Source: Patescibacteria group bacterium (GTDB lineage: Bacteria; Patescibacteriota; Minisyncoccia; 2-02-FULL-40-12). From it: a stretch of DNA of 64,000 nucleotides. The stretch covers positions 7,857-71,856 of the forward strand of contig JBBTXZ010000003.1 of NCBI GenBank assembly GCA_038062015.1. The letters run 5' to 3'. The notes beneath the pieces were generated by a model. The model did no database searches. It was given only the letters and a program-made list of their open reading frames with translations, and was not told the DNA's origin. How positions within the stretch are numbered: the stretch's first letter is position 1; each line of letters begins with the position of its first letter. Position numbers and translations under genes: made by a program. Shown here piece after piece: positions 27,511-35,653 of the stretch.

Positions 27511-27897
27511 TTAAGTCGGGCTTGCCGGCGGTCTTCTTCCGGAACCCATGGTCTTTCTAATATTGCCGCGCAAAGTTCTTGAATTAGTCTTAGTCCGGCC
27601 GCTGATCGGTAATTTTTTGACGTGCCTTATCCCCCGCCAAGCCCCTATTTCTTTTAATCTTTTGATGTTTCCCAAAATTTCCCTTCTTAATTCTCCTTCA
27701 ACCCGATAATTTTTTTCTATAATGCTTTGAATTTTATTTATCTCATCATTGGTCAATTCTTTTGCCCGTTTATCCGGATTCACACCGGCGGTTTTTAAAA
27801 TAAGCTTAGTTAAAGTCGGCCCTATTCCATAGATGTAGGTTAAAGCAATTTCAAGTCTTTTGTTGTCTGGGATGTTAACCCCCGAAATACGCGGCAT
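27511..27897 (-). CDS. rpsM: 30S ribosomal protein S13 (start corrected to ATG 27897)
   Basis: MPRISGVNIP, ALTYIYGIG, EGELRRE, RTKTNSRT. Confidence 0.96.
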   Translation of the reverse strand: MPRISGVNIPDNKRLEIALTYIYGIGPTLTKLILKTAGVNPDKRAKELTNDEINKIQSIIEKNYRVEGELRREILGNIKRLKEIGAWRGIRHVKKLPISGRTKTNSRTLRGNIRKTMGSGRRPPASPT

Positions 27898-27898
27898 G

Positions 27899-28012
27899 TT
27901 ACTTTTGTCTCTGTTTATGTTTTGAATTCCTGCAAATACAATATAAACGCCCTTTTCTCCGGACAATTTTACAGTTCCGACAGATTTTCTTAATCGAAGA
28001 TTGAACTCTCAA
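27899..28012 (-). CDS. rpmJ: 50S ribosomal protein L36 (37 aa, TTG start; absent from the ORF track)
   Basis: Manual translation [37 protein letters not shown]; located between infA and rpsM. Confidence 0.93.
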   Translation of the reverse strand: MRVQSSIKKICRNCKIVRRKGRLYCICRNSKHKQRQK

Positions 28013-28042
28013 AAAAATATCGATATATCGAAATATCTTATT

Positions 28043-28255
28043 TTATAATCTCTTTACTATTCTCCCTCTTTCGCCGTCCGGGCTTAATTCAACTAAAACC
28101 TTGTCGCCGATCATTACCCGGATATAAAAAAGCCTCATCTTTCCTGAAATATGGGCTAAAATTAATTTGCCGTCTGGAAGCTCAACCCTGAAGTAAGCGT
28201 TAGGCAGGCTTTCCTTGATTAAGCCCTGTTTTATATTTTTAGCTTTATTATTCAA
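28043..28255 (-). CDS. infA: Translation initiation factor IF-1
   Basis: [30 protein letters not shown]. Confidence 0.95.
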   Translation of the reverse strand: MNNKAKNIKQGLIKESLPNAYFRVELPDGKLILAHISGKMRLFYIRVMIGDKVLVELSPDGERGRIVKRL

Positions 28256-28317
28256 TAGCGCTTAGTAATAATAATATGATTAAAATAAAAAAGCAAGTCA
28301 AAGCAAATCTTTATTCC

Positions 28318-29814
28318 TTATTCAATTATTATTGCTATATTTATTCTATTAGCGTCTTTCGGAATCTTCCTTAGCCAAAAAGGAGGAAAAATCCGGGCTG
28401 ATTCTATTTCGTTCAAACCGCTGAAATAAGAATCAGCTTCACTTATCCTTTTACCGGCAATATCCGAAATTATCTTCTTTTTGTCTATATTTTGGATAGT
28501 CTGGCCGGAAGAAACCAGTTTAAAAGATAATTCCCTTTTTTCTTTGTTCAATTTCGACTGATCATAATTTATTTTAATACCGCTTGCCACTAATAAATTC
28601 TGGGAATTTTTAACATACTGGGAAATAAAATCAACAATATCGCTCTCTTTAAAAACTACCAGGCTCGCTTTAATTTTAAAATCAACCCTAAATTCTTTAG
28701 TTAGATCGCCGGCGTTATTGGAATCACCGGTTTTTTCTATTTCCATGTTCAAAACTTCATCCAAAATTTTAAAATTACCAAGTAAAGCAAGCTCTGCCTT
28801 TATTTGGCTGACTCCTTCTTCTTTTATAATTTCTTCGGCTTTTTCTAAATCCTCTTTGCTTACGAAACTGGACTGGCCGACAAACCCTCCGGAAAGTTTC
28901 TCAAATGATTTTGCGTAAAAACCCTGATATTTTGGATTACCCAGAAACCCAGGTATCCTGAAATCGGAAGGCTCAATATTGTATTCTTCGCCAGCCCGAT
29001 CAGCGACGATTTCAACCTCTATCTCGCCGGGCTTAAACTCACTGCCGATTATCTTACCGGGCACAGTTACGGCCTTTGGGATTCTAAAAGTCAGCCCTTC
29101 GGCTGTTTGAAGCCTTGTCGTGGCCACTAAAATCTGGGGCGAAGCGCTGAAATTATTGTAAATGAAGGCCCTGCCTCTGGCTTTCTGAAAAACATCTTTC
29201 TCGGCGCTTGAAGCAAATGTTTTAGAAATTAATTTTTCAACTTCAATCCATTGGCCCGGCACCATTCCGTAGATTTCATCGTTTTTAGTGATATCAGTTG
29301 AAACGACCACTGGTAAATTAATCGAAAAATCGACTTTACGGGGAATTATTTTTATATTCACTTCGTTTAAAGAAGAAAGGGCGATGAAAATAAATAAACC
29401 GATGGCAGAACCGAGAAGAGCCAGGATGAATTTTTTAGAATCTTTTTGCTTTAGCCTTGCCAGACGGGGCGGGACGCTTAGCGTCCCAAAGGGCCCCGCT
29501 GAACGGGCCACCGGTGTTTTTTCTGAAAACTCTGAATAGAAAGAAAGCAGGTCTTTGTCTTTCTTGGTGTTATTACCTTTAGCGGCAGTCCCGCTCGGCG
29601 GGGCGGCGGCTTTAGCATTTTGCCCGGAAGAAATTATTGAAACTTCTTTTTTTAACTTGTCGAAATGGGCTTTCAACTTTTCCAATTTGTTCTTGTTTTT
29701 AAAGACCGGGTTTGATTTTGGGACAACTAAAATTAAGCTGTCAGATCCGGATTCTTCGACTGCCTCCAAAATGTCTTCGAAATTGTCGCCCGAAGCGATG
29801 TTAATGATTTTCAT
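28318..29814 (-). CDS. Membrane-anchored protein with a baseplate-J-like domain
   Basis: Central TM then KARG...YN...Q.LVATTR, V.AD..GEEYNI; housekeeping context. Confidence 0.6.
   Translation of the reverse strand: MKIINIASGDNFEDILEAVEESGSDSLILVVPKSNPVFKNKNKLEKLKAHFDKLKKEVSIISSGQNAKAAAPPSGTAAKGNNTKKDKDLLSFYSEFSEKTPVARSAGPFGTLSVPPRLARLKQKDSKKFILALLGSAIGLFIFIALSSLNEVNIKIIPRKVDFSINLPVVVSTDITKNDEIYGMVPGQWIEVEKLISKTFASSAEKDVFQKARGRAFIYNNFSASPQILVATTRLQTAEGLTFRIPKAVTVPGKIIGSEFKPGEIEVEIVADRAGEEYNIEPSDFRIPGFLGNPKYQGFYAKSFEKLSGGFVGQSSFVSKEDLEKAEEIIKEEGVSQIKAELALLGNFKILDEVLNMEIEKTGDSNNAGDLTKEFRVDFKIKASLVVFKESDIVDFISQYVKNSQNLLVASGIKINYDQSKLNKEKRELSFKLVSSGQTIQNIDKKKIISDIAGKRISEADSYFSGLNEIESARIFPPFWLRKIPKDANRINIAIIIE
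29469..29509. repeat. Double-hairpin palindromic element inside a CDS
   Basis: gcgggacgcttagcgtcccaaagggccccgctgaacgggcc; 35/41 identical to 61251-61291. Confidence 0.85.
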
Positions 29815-31100
29815 AGTTTTATAAATTTTTTATCTTGACTTACTCTTGAGACTTTTTTGTGTTTTTCTTCCTCTTTTTTAACTTCTTCCATATTTATTTC
29901 CATTCCTTTTTCCTTAGCAATGTCTTGTACAATCTCAACCCCCACACCAATGCTTGACTGAGTATTAAAAACATAGGCGCCAGGAATAAATTTATACCCT
30001 TTATTTTTAAATTCTTCGACATCTTTTTCAATTTTTGGTATTTCTCTGCTAAGTAATTTTTCAAATTTTTGAAACTCTTCATTAAATACTTCCAATACTT
30101 TTTCCTCATTTTTCTCCAGATCGGGGTAATACTCTTTATAAATGTTTATTATTGTTTTAACAGAACGTTGTAAAAAATCATCGTGCAAATTCAGCTTTTT
30201 TGAATGCCTCATTATTTTTCTGATTAATTTTCTTAAAATATATCCTCGTCCAAGATTCGATGGCATCACTCCGTCAGAAATTACAAAAACGCCTGCTTTC
30301 AGATGATCAGAGATTATTCTTTCAAATTTTTGATTAGATTGATAATCGTATAAATTTTTGTTTCTTAATTCAGTTATTATCGGCGAGAACAAATCAGTTT
30401 CAAAAACTGATTTGCTGCCTTGTAAAACCATAACCAATCTTTCCAATCCCATTCCCGTATCAACCCCCTTTCTTTGAAGGGGAATTAAATGTTTTTCTTT
30501 ATTGCAGTAATATTCATTAAAAACAATATTCCAAACTTCAATCCCATCGATATGAATTTCGGTGGTCGGCCCACAAGGACCTTCCTCGCCGGTTGGACCC
30601 CAAAAATTATCTTTTATTTCGCCGAAAAATATTTTTTCCTCGGGTATGCCCAGTGATTTCCAGATTTCCAACGACTCTTGGTCAATTGAAATATCATTTT
30701 TATCGTCGCCTTTGAAAACCGAAATTTTTATTCTTCTTAGAGGCACGCCAAAATCGTTGACTATCAAATCATAGCTGTGCTTTATCGCTTCTTTTTTAAA
30801 ATATGAATCCTTGGCTTCCGGAAACTTGAAAGAAAAATTGCCGAGCATTTCAAAAAATGTCAGGTGGCTTTCATCACCGACTTCATCAATGTCCACGGTT
30901 CGCAGACATTTTTGAATAGAAGCTATTTTGTTTCCATAAGGCGAGTCGTTATCCAGATAATATTTCTTAAATTGCTGCATTCCGGCAGTAGTAAAAAGAA
31001 CCGACTTATCTTCTGGAACCAATAAAGAAGAAGGTATTATTTTATGTCCCCGTTTCTCAAAAAAATCCAAGAATTTTTTGCGGATCTCTTGATGAGTCAT
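29811..31100 (-). CDS. alaS: Alanine--tRNA ligase, aminoacylation domain only (429 aa)
   Basis: LFTTAGMQQFK, HLTFFEMLGNFS, GPCGP, DTGMGLER, PSNLGRGYILR; no editing HxxxH/CxxxH region. Confidence 0.92.
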   Translation of the reverse strand: MTHQEIRKKFLDFFEKRGHKIIPSSLLVPEDKSVLFTTAGMQQFKKYYLDNDSPYGNKIASIQKCLRTVDIDEVGDESHLTFFEMLGNFSFKFPEAKDSYFKKEAIKHSYDLIVNDFGVPLRRIKISVFKGDDKNDISIDQESLEIWKSLGIPEEKIFFGEIKDNFWGPTGEEGPCGPTTEIHIDGIEVWNIVFNEYYCNKEKHLIPLQRKGVDTGMGLERLVMVLQGSKSVFETDLFSPIITELRNKNLYDYQSNQKFERIISDHLKAGVFVISDGVMPSNLGRGYILRKLIRKIMRHSKKLNLHDDFLQRSVKTIINIYKEYYPDLEKNEEKVLEVFNEEFQKFEKLLSREIPKIEKDVEEFKNKGYKFIPGAYVFNTQSSIGVGVEIVQDIAKEKGMEINMEEVKKEEEKHKKVSRVSQDKKFIKL

Positions 31101-31191
31101 TATTAATTGAAATAGAAACCTTCCCTCGGTTTCTCTATATTATATAACAAATGGAAAGCTACTTTCGCGTTTTTCGCTTTAAAATAATACA

Positions 31192-31382
31192 GAAAGCCGT
31201 GAGCCTGTATCAATTTCTGAGTCGGGCAGTGTTCTTGAGAAATGGCCGCTACCTTTATGAAGAATTGCCGAATGACAATTGCTGGTGGAGGATCCAGAAT
31301 TGTCGGCAATTCGAATAAAGTGGCGCGCCATTTCCAAGAAGGGCTCCCAAACGAAGAAATTGATATAGGCGATAAGGCTTTC
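31192..31382 (+). ncRNA. Dispersed structured element, full copy 3
   Basis: Closing stem gcctgtatcaatttct/agaaattgatataggc, middle stem nearly identical to copy 1, apical gaattgccg...cggcaattc. Confidence 0.6.
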
Positions 31383-31384
31383 GT

Positions 31385-32488
31385 TTAAACAATTATCCCG
31401 CCGCCTAAAACTTCACTACCTTTATAAAATACGGCTGACTGCCCCGGCGCGATTGGAATATTTTCAACGGCAATTTTAACTTCGGCTCTATCTCCGCCAT
31501 TTTTCAAAATCACGCAATCTAAATCCTTTTGCCGATACCGCGTCTTTACCTTGCATCTAAACGGCAGATTTTTATGACCGTTTATCCAACTAAAACTTTT
31601 AATTTGAATTTTGGAATTTAGGATTTGTTTAGAATTTAGAGTTTGGGATTTAGAATTTTCAAAGCTATCAACATGCAAAACATTCTTCAGAATATCTTTC
31701 CCAACCACGTAATATGGCTCCCCGGCATTTAAACTAAATCCATGCCTCTGGCCGATAGTATAAAACCAAGCGCCGTCATGCTCTCCTAAAACTTTGCCGT
31801 CGCTTTTTCTCACGACTAATCCTCTTTTCGGCTCAATGTATCTTTTCAGAAATTTACCAAACTCAAGCGGTCCGACAAAACAAATTCCTTGACTATCTTT
31901 TTTATTCCAATTCGGCAAACCGAATTTCTTAGCCATTCTCCTAACTTCTGTTTTTAGATAATCCCCTACCGGAAACAAACAATGTTTTAATTGATTCTGG
32001 GTAAGGGTGTACAAAAAATACGACTGATCTTTATTTAAATCTCTTGCCTTTAATAATTTTGATTTTTGATGTTTAATGTTTAATTTTCTAACGTAGTGTC
32101 CGGTGGCTATATAATCAACTCCGAACTTTAATGCTCTATCTAAAAACACGCCGAATTTAATGAATTTATTGCACATCACATCGGGATTAGGCGTAATCCC
32201 CATCTGATAGCCTTTAATCATATATTCAGCCACGAACTTCCCGTATTCTTTTGAAAAATCCCAAGTCAAAAGCGGAATTTCAAGTTTCGCCGCCACTCGT
32301 AAAGCATCTTCTCTATCTTGTTTCCATAAACAATCTATCTGATTATTTGTTATTTGTTTTTTATCATTTGTTGGTTGCCATGGACGCATAAAAACACCAG
32401 TTACATTGTAATTTTGTTTTTTCATCAAAGCCGCAACTACGCTTGAATCCACGCCGCCACTTATTGCTACCAAAACCTTCTTAGCCAT
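31385..32488 (-). CDS. mnmA: tRNA 2-thiouridylase (start corrected to ATG 32488)
   Basis: SGGVDS, TPNPDVMCN, IATGHY, KDQSYFL, KKDSQGICF, PGQSAVFY. Confidence 0.96.
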   Translation of the reverse strand: MAKKVLVAISGGVDSSVVAALMKKQNYNVTGVFMRPWQPTNDKKQITNNQIDCLWKQDREDALRVAAKLEIPLLTWDFSKEYGKFVAEYMIKGYQMGITPNPDVMCNKFIKFGVFLDRALKFGVDYIATGHYVRKLNIKHQKSKLLKARDLNKDQSYFLYTLTQNQLKHCLFPVGDYLKTEVRRMAKKFGLPNWNKKDSQGICFVGPLEFGKFLKRYIEPKRGLVVRKSDGKVLGEHDGAWFYTIGQRHGFSLNAGEPYYVVGKDILKNVLHVDSFENSKSQTLNSKQILNSKIQIKSFSWINGHKNLPFRCKVKTRYRQKDLDCVILKNGGDRAEVKIAVENIPIAPGQSAVFYKGSEVLGGGIIV

Positions 32489-32508
32489 TAAAGTATATTG
32501 ACAACTTT

Positions 32509-33831
32509 TTAGATGCGGGGCAAGTCTTTTTCTATCTGGCCCGCTTTCTGTAAGACAAGATTTGAGTAATAACGGCAAATGCTCTGGCGGCAATTCGCTT
32601 TTCCACTCAAATAGGCGTTGGCTGCTTTTATTTCGGCTGTTTGATTTTGACTAGTGGCTCCGGCATTGGCCAAGTAAACGGCCGCGGCCATAAAAGCATC
32701 TTCAATACTCCAGGGATTAGGCGGGTTATGGCCGGTAAGTCTTGCAACCTCGGCTTCGTAGATAAGCCATGTTGAAGGAATAAACTGGGCCGGCCCGAGC
32801 GCTCCGCCGCAGCCGTAATTCGGCGCTCTTGAAACTTTAACTGAGTCAGAGTTTAATCCAAGCTTCCCGATTACCGCGAAAAAAGCGCTTTTTTCAGTTT
32901 CGGCCCGAGTCGGTTTGCCTCTTCTTTTATAGCAATTATACATATCATCAAGCCAATTGCCAGTGCCGACATTACGGCCAAGTCCTGATTCAACATCTAA
33001 AATGGCCAGTAAAAACGCTGGCCTGATGCCGACTCTTATCGCCGCGAGCTGGCCGAATTTCAGAGCTTCTTCTAAGGTAATCCCCTGCTCAAGTAAAAAT
33101 CTGATCTGGTTCCTTATTTTTTCAATATCCTGATCAGTCTGTTTGGCCAGCTGTTGGAATTTTTTTTCTTCTCCTTTGGTTACTTTAAGAATATTATCTT
33201 TCTCTTTTTTTCTTGAATCGACTTCCCGTTTCTGAATTTCCTGAATATTTCTCAAGCCGACTTGTTCGGTCCGCCTTTGACCTAACTGATCCTGTCTTTG
33301 TTCAAGCTCTGTTTTTAATTGTTTTAACTCTTTAATAGTGAACTGGGCTTTTTCTTGGGAATCCCTGATACTTTCAAGATTACCAAAAAAATCGGAAAGG
33401 TCCCGATTTTTAAGCAAAATTTCAAATAGGTTTTCCTGATCGCTTTGATAAACCAACCTCAAGAACTCACCCAGGCTTCTTTTTATTTTTTCAATTTTAG
33501 AAAGGGCTTCATCTATACTTTTCACCGTTTCATCTATTTCTAGTCCGGTTTTCTGAATGGCTAAATCAAGAGTTCTTATTTCAAGCTGAAGCTGTTTAAT
33601 CCGGGTGTCAAAAATAAAAATTTCGTTTTGGAGCGTTTTGGCCGCACCCTGTTTTTCGAGTATCTCTCTTTCATATTCCTCTTTCTGCCTTTCCAATTCC
33701 TGAATCTGACGCTCTCTTTCTGAAATTTCCTGCTGAACATCAGCCGAAGAACTAGAAGTTAGAAAATAGAAAATAGAAAATAGAAACAAAGAAATAAAAA
33801 ATAATGATTTTTTATTATTCATTGAACTCAA
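32509..33831 (-). CDS. Secreted coiled-coil protein with a C-terminal lytic transglycosylase domain
   Basis: Signal peptide, long coiled coil, LAILDVES, GALGPAQFIPSTW, DAFMAAAVYL. Confidence 0.85.
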   Translation of the reverse strand: MSSMNNKKSLFFISLFLFSIFYFLTSSSSADVQQEISERERQIQELERQKEEYEREILEKQGAAKTLQNEIFIFDTRIKQLQLEIRTLDLAIQKTGLEIDETVKSIDEALSKIEKIKRSLGEFLRLVYQSDQENLFEILLKNRDLSDFFGNLESIRDSQEKAQFTIKELKQLKTELEQRQDQLGQRRTEQVGLRNIQEIQKREVDSRKKEKDNILKVTKGEEKKFQQLAKQTDQDIEKIRNQIRFLLEQGITLEEALKFGQLAAIRVGIRPAFLLAILDVESGLGRNVGTGNWLDDMYNCYKRRGKPTRAETEKSAFFAVIGKLGLNSDSVKVSRAPNYGCGGALGPAQFIPSTWLIYEAEVARLTGHNPPNPWSIEDAFMAAAVYLANAGATSQNQTAEIKAANAYLSGKANCRQSICRYYSNLVLQKAGQIEKDLPRI

Positions 33832-33834
33832 AAA

Positions 33835-34305
33835 TTACCGGACTATTATTTTCCCTTTAGCCGACGGAGCTAAGTGATCGTGATAAGGCCAAGTGCCTTT
33901 CTCGTTAAAAGTGAAAGAAAAACTTTCTCCTTTTTGAAGGCCGCGGCAAGCATCAAAAATTGTCATAGATCCGGGTGAATTGCATTTTGAAATACTGGAG
34001 CCGGGGTAAAATTCATGAGTTGGGTGTACGGCCGAGGCCGGCCAATGGCCCTGACTGCTTTGATTAATAAATCTGACTGTGTTGCCGGCATTGATGACGA
34101 TTTCAGCCGGGTTAAAACCGCTATCAATCATATCAATAACGTATTCCAGAGGCGGAGACGGGAATAGTGAAACCTGTTGTTGAGTCGGAGTAGCCGTCGT
34201 TTGTCTAAAACCAATCTCTTCCCTTTCTCCTCTATTCCTTAAAAATACAATAACCCCGGCAAAAAAGACTATCAAAATAATAATTACTAAAAGATTCCTA
34301 TTCAT
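33835..34305 (-). CDS. Cupredoxin/plastocyanin-like membrane-anchored protein
   Basis: F.P....I..G.TV.F.N, HWPAS..HP.H, GTWPYHDHL. Confidence 0.75.
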   Translation of the reverse strand: MNRNLLVIIILIVFFAGVIVFLRNRGEREEIGFRQTTATPTQQQVSLFPSPPLEYVIDMIDSGFNPAEIVINAGNTVRFINQSSQGHWPASAVHPTHEFYPGSSISKCNSPGSMTIFDACRGLQKGESFSFTFNEKGTWPYHDHLAPSAKGKIIVR

Positions 34306-34323
34306 AATTCAATTATACCAATC

Positions 34324-35466
34324 TTAAAATATTGTGTAAACTGCTCCGGCGGCGAATAGAATTAAAACAATATTTAACAACCAGGGCGGGAGATTTAAAG
34401 AATACTCTGGATCCCGAGTGCCTGATTTTCTCGCTGATTTATAAATAGAAACTAAAATTATGCCTTCAATCCCAATAGCCACCGACCCAGCCAATGATAT
34501 CACCTCAATAAAATTTCTGACTCCAAACCAAAATAGAAAGAAAGGCACAAAAACGGTTAAAGCCCAGGAATTCAATTTTTTAAAACCGTAGTCGAGGCGG
34601 AAGGTTTCAGCTAAAACCAAGGCCAGAGCTAAAAAAGAAGTAGTGATAGCCAAAAGACCAAAAATAGATACTAAAAAAATAATCCGGTAGTCAAGAAAAT
34701 CAGCTAGCCCGCTGACCACATCCGGCGAAGTGGTCTCTCCAGAAATACCGACCACTGACAGAGTAAAAACAAAGTAAAGAATCGCTGGAATTAAACTCCC
34801 CCACAAAATTGCTTTCTTCAAAAGATCCGGTCTTCCTTTGATTATTTCTTTCTGAATCGGAATCGCCGAAAAACCGGCATAAGCAAAAAGTAAAACCCCG
34901 TAGGGCAAAAACCAAAATTCTCTATTAAACAAAGTGATCAAATTCTGAAGTTCAATTTTCGGCGCGCTCAAAATTAAAATTAATAAAACAATAACCATAA
35001 AAAAAATAACCATAAAAAATTCAAACCAGACCACCGTCCTCAAACCGGCCAAAACCGCTAAAGAAGCAAAAATAAAAAACAGGGCGCTATAAAAAGCGGG
35101 GGAAGCGTAAAATTGAGAAACAAAAATATTAAAAAGAAAACTTCCGCTTATTATTATGTAGGCTAGGAGTGCCCCATAAATTCCGATAAACCAGGCAAGG
35201 GTGGCTATTATTTTTGCTCCTTGGCCCAAATAAATTTTGGCGTAGCCGGTGAATTGATGCATTTCTTTGGTCCTTAAAACCACTTCGCCGAAAATCAAAT
35301 TTATTAATAAGCTGACCGCGCCGATAAAAACCAAAAACAAAAAACCGGTCAAAAAACCGGCCTTGGCGAATGAAAATGGGATTCCGAAAACACCGACTCC
35401 GACAATCGTTCCGGTTAAAATTGAACTGGCGTATAAAAAATCTTTTCGGCCTCCTCTAAAAAGCAA
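34324..35466 (-). CDS. Aromatic amino acid transport family permease
   Basis: GTIVGVGVFGIP, LAITTSFL; about 11 TM helices. Confidence 0.8.
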   Translation of the reverse strand: MLFRGGRKDFLYASSILTGTIVGVGVFGIPFSFAKAGFLTGFLFLVFIGAVSLLINLIFGEVVLRTKEMHQFTGYAKIYLGQGAKIIATLAWFIGIYGALLAYIIISGSFLFNIFVSQFYASPAFYSALFFIFASLAVLAGLRTVVWFEFFMVIFFMVIVLLILILSAPKIELQNLITLFNREFWFLPYGVLLFAYAGFSAIPIQKEIIKGRPDLLKKAILWGSLIPAILYFVFTLSVVGISGETTSPDVVSGLADFLDYRIIFLVSIFGLLAITTSFLALALVLAETFRLDYGFKKLNSWALTVFVPFFLFWFGVRNFIEVISLAGSVAIGIEGIILVSIYKSARKSGTRDPEYSLNLPPWLLNIVLILFAAGAVYTIF

Positions 35467-35653
35467 TTATAAAAATAAAAGTCAGCCACAATACTGCGAC
35501 CAAAAGAATACTTCTCCCTTCTTTATTCAACTGGGGCCTTTTCAAAAAGTAAAGCCCCAAAATCAGTCCGACGATCGGCGCCAAAATGGCCGAAATCAGG
35601 CCGACTATCAATAAAGACTTTGATGACGGAAAAACTATAAATTCTGAATTCAT
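35456..35653 (-). CDS. Small membrane protein
   Basis: Two TM helices; overlaps the lon stop and the permease start. Confidence 0.55.
   Translation of the reverse strand: MNSEFIVFPSSKSLLIVGLISAILAPIVGLILGLYFLKRPQLNKEGRSILLVAVLWLTFIFIIAF

Noticed and set aside
28318-29814. Prophage or contractile system suggested by the baseplate-J-like domain
   Set aside because: A single TM-anchored gene between alaS and infA, with no other phage structural genes
3242-31382. The long hairpins as simple terminators or T-box/riboswitch leaders
   Set aside because: They are ~200 nt with conserved internal bulges and no U tract, two lie beyond a separate normal terminator, and they sit at gene 3' ends with no T-box motif
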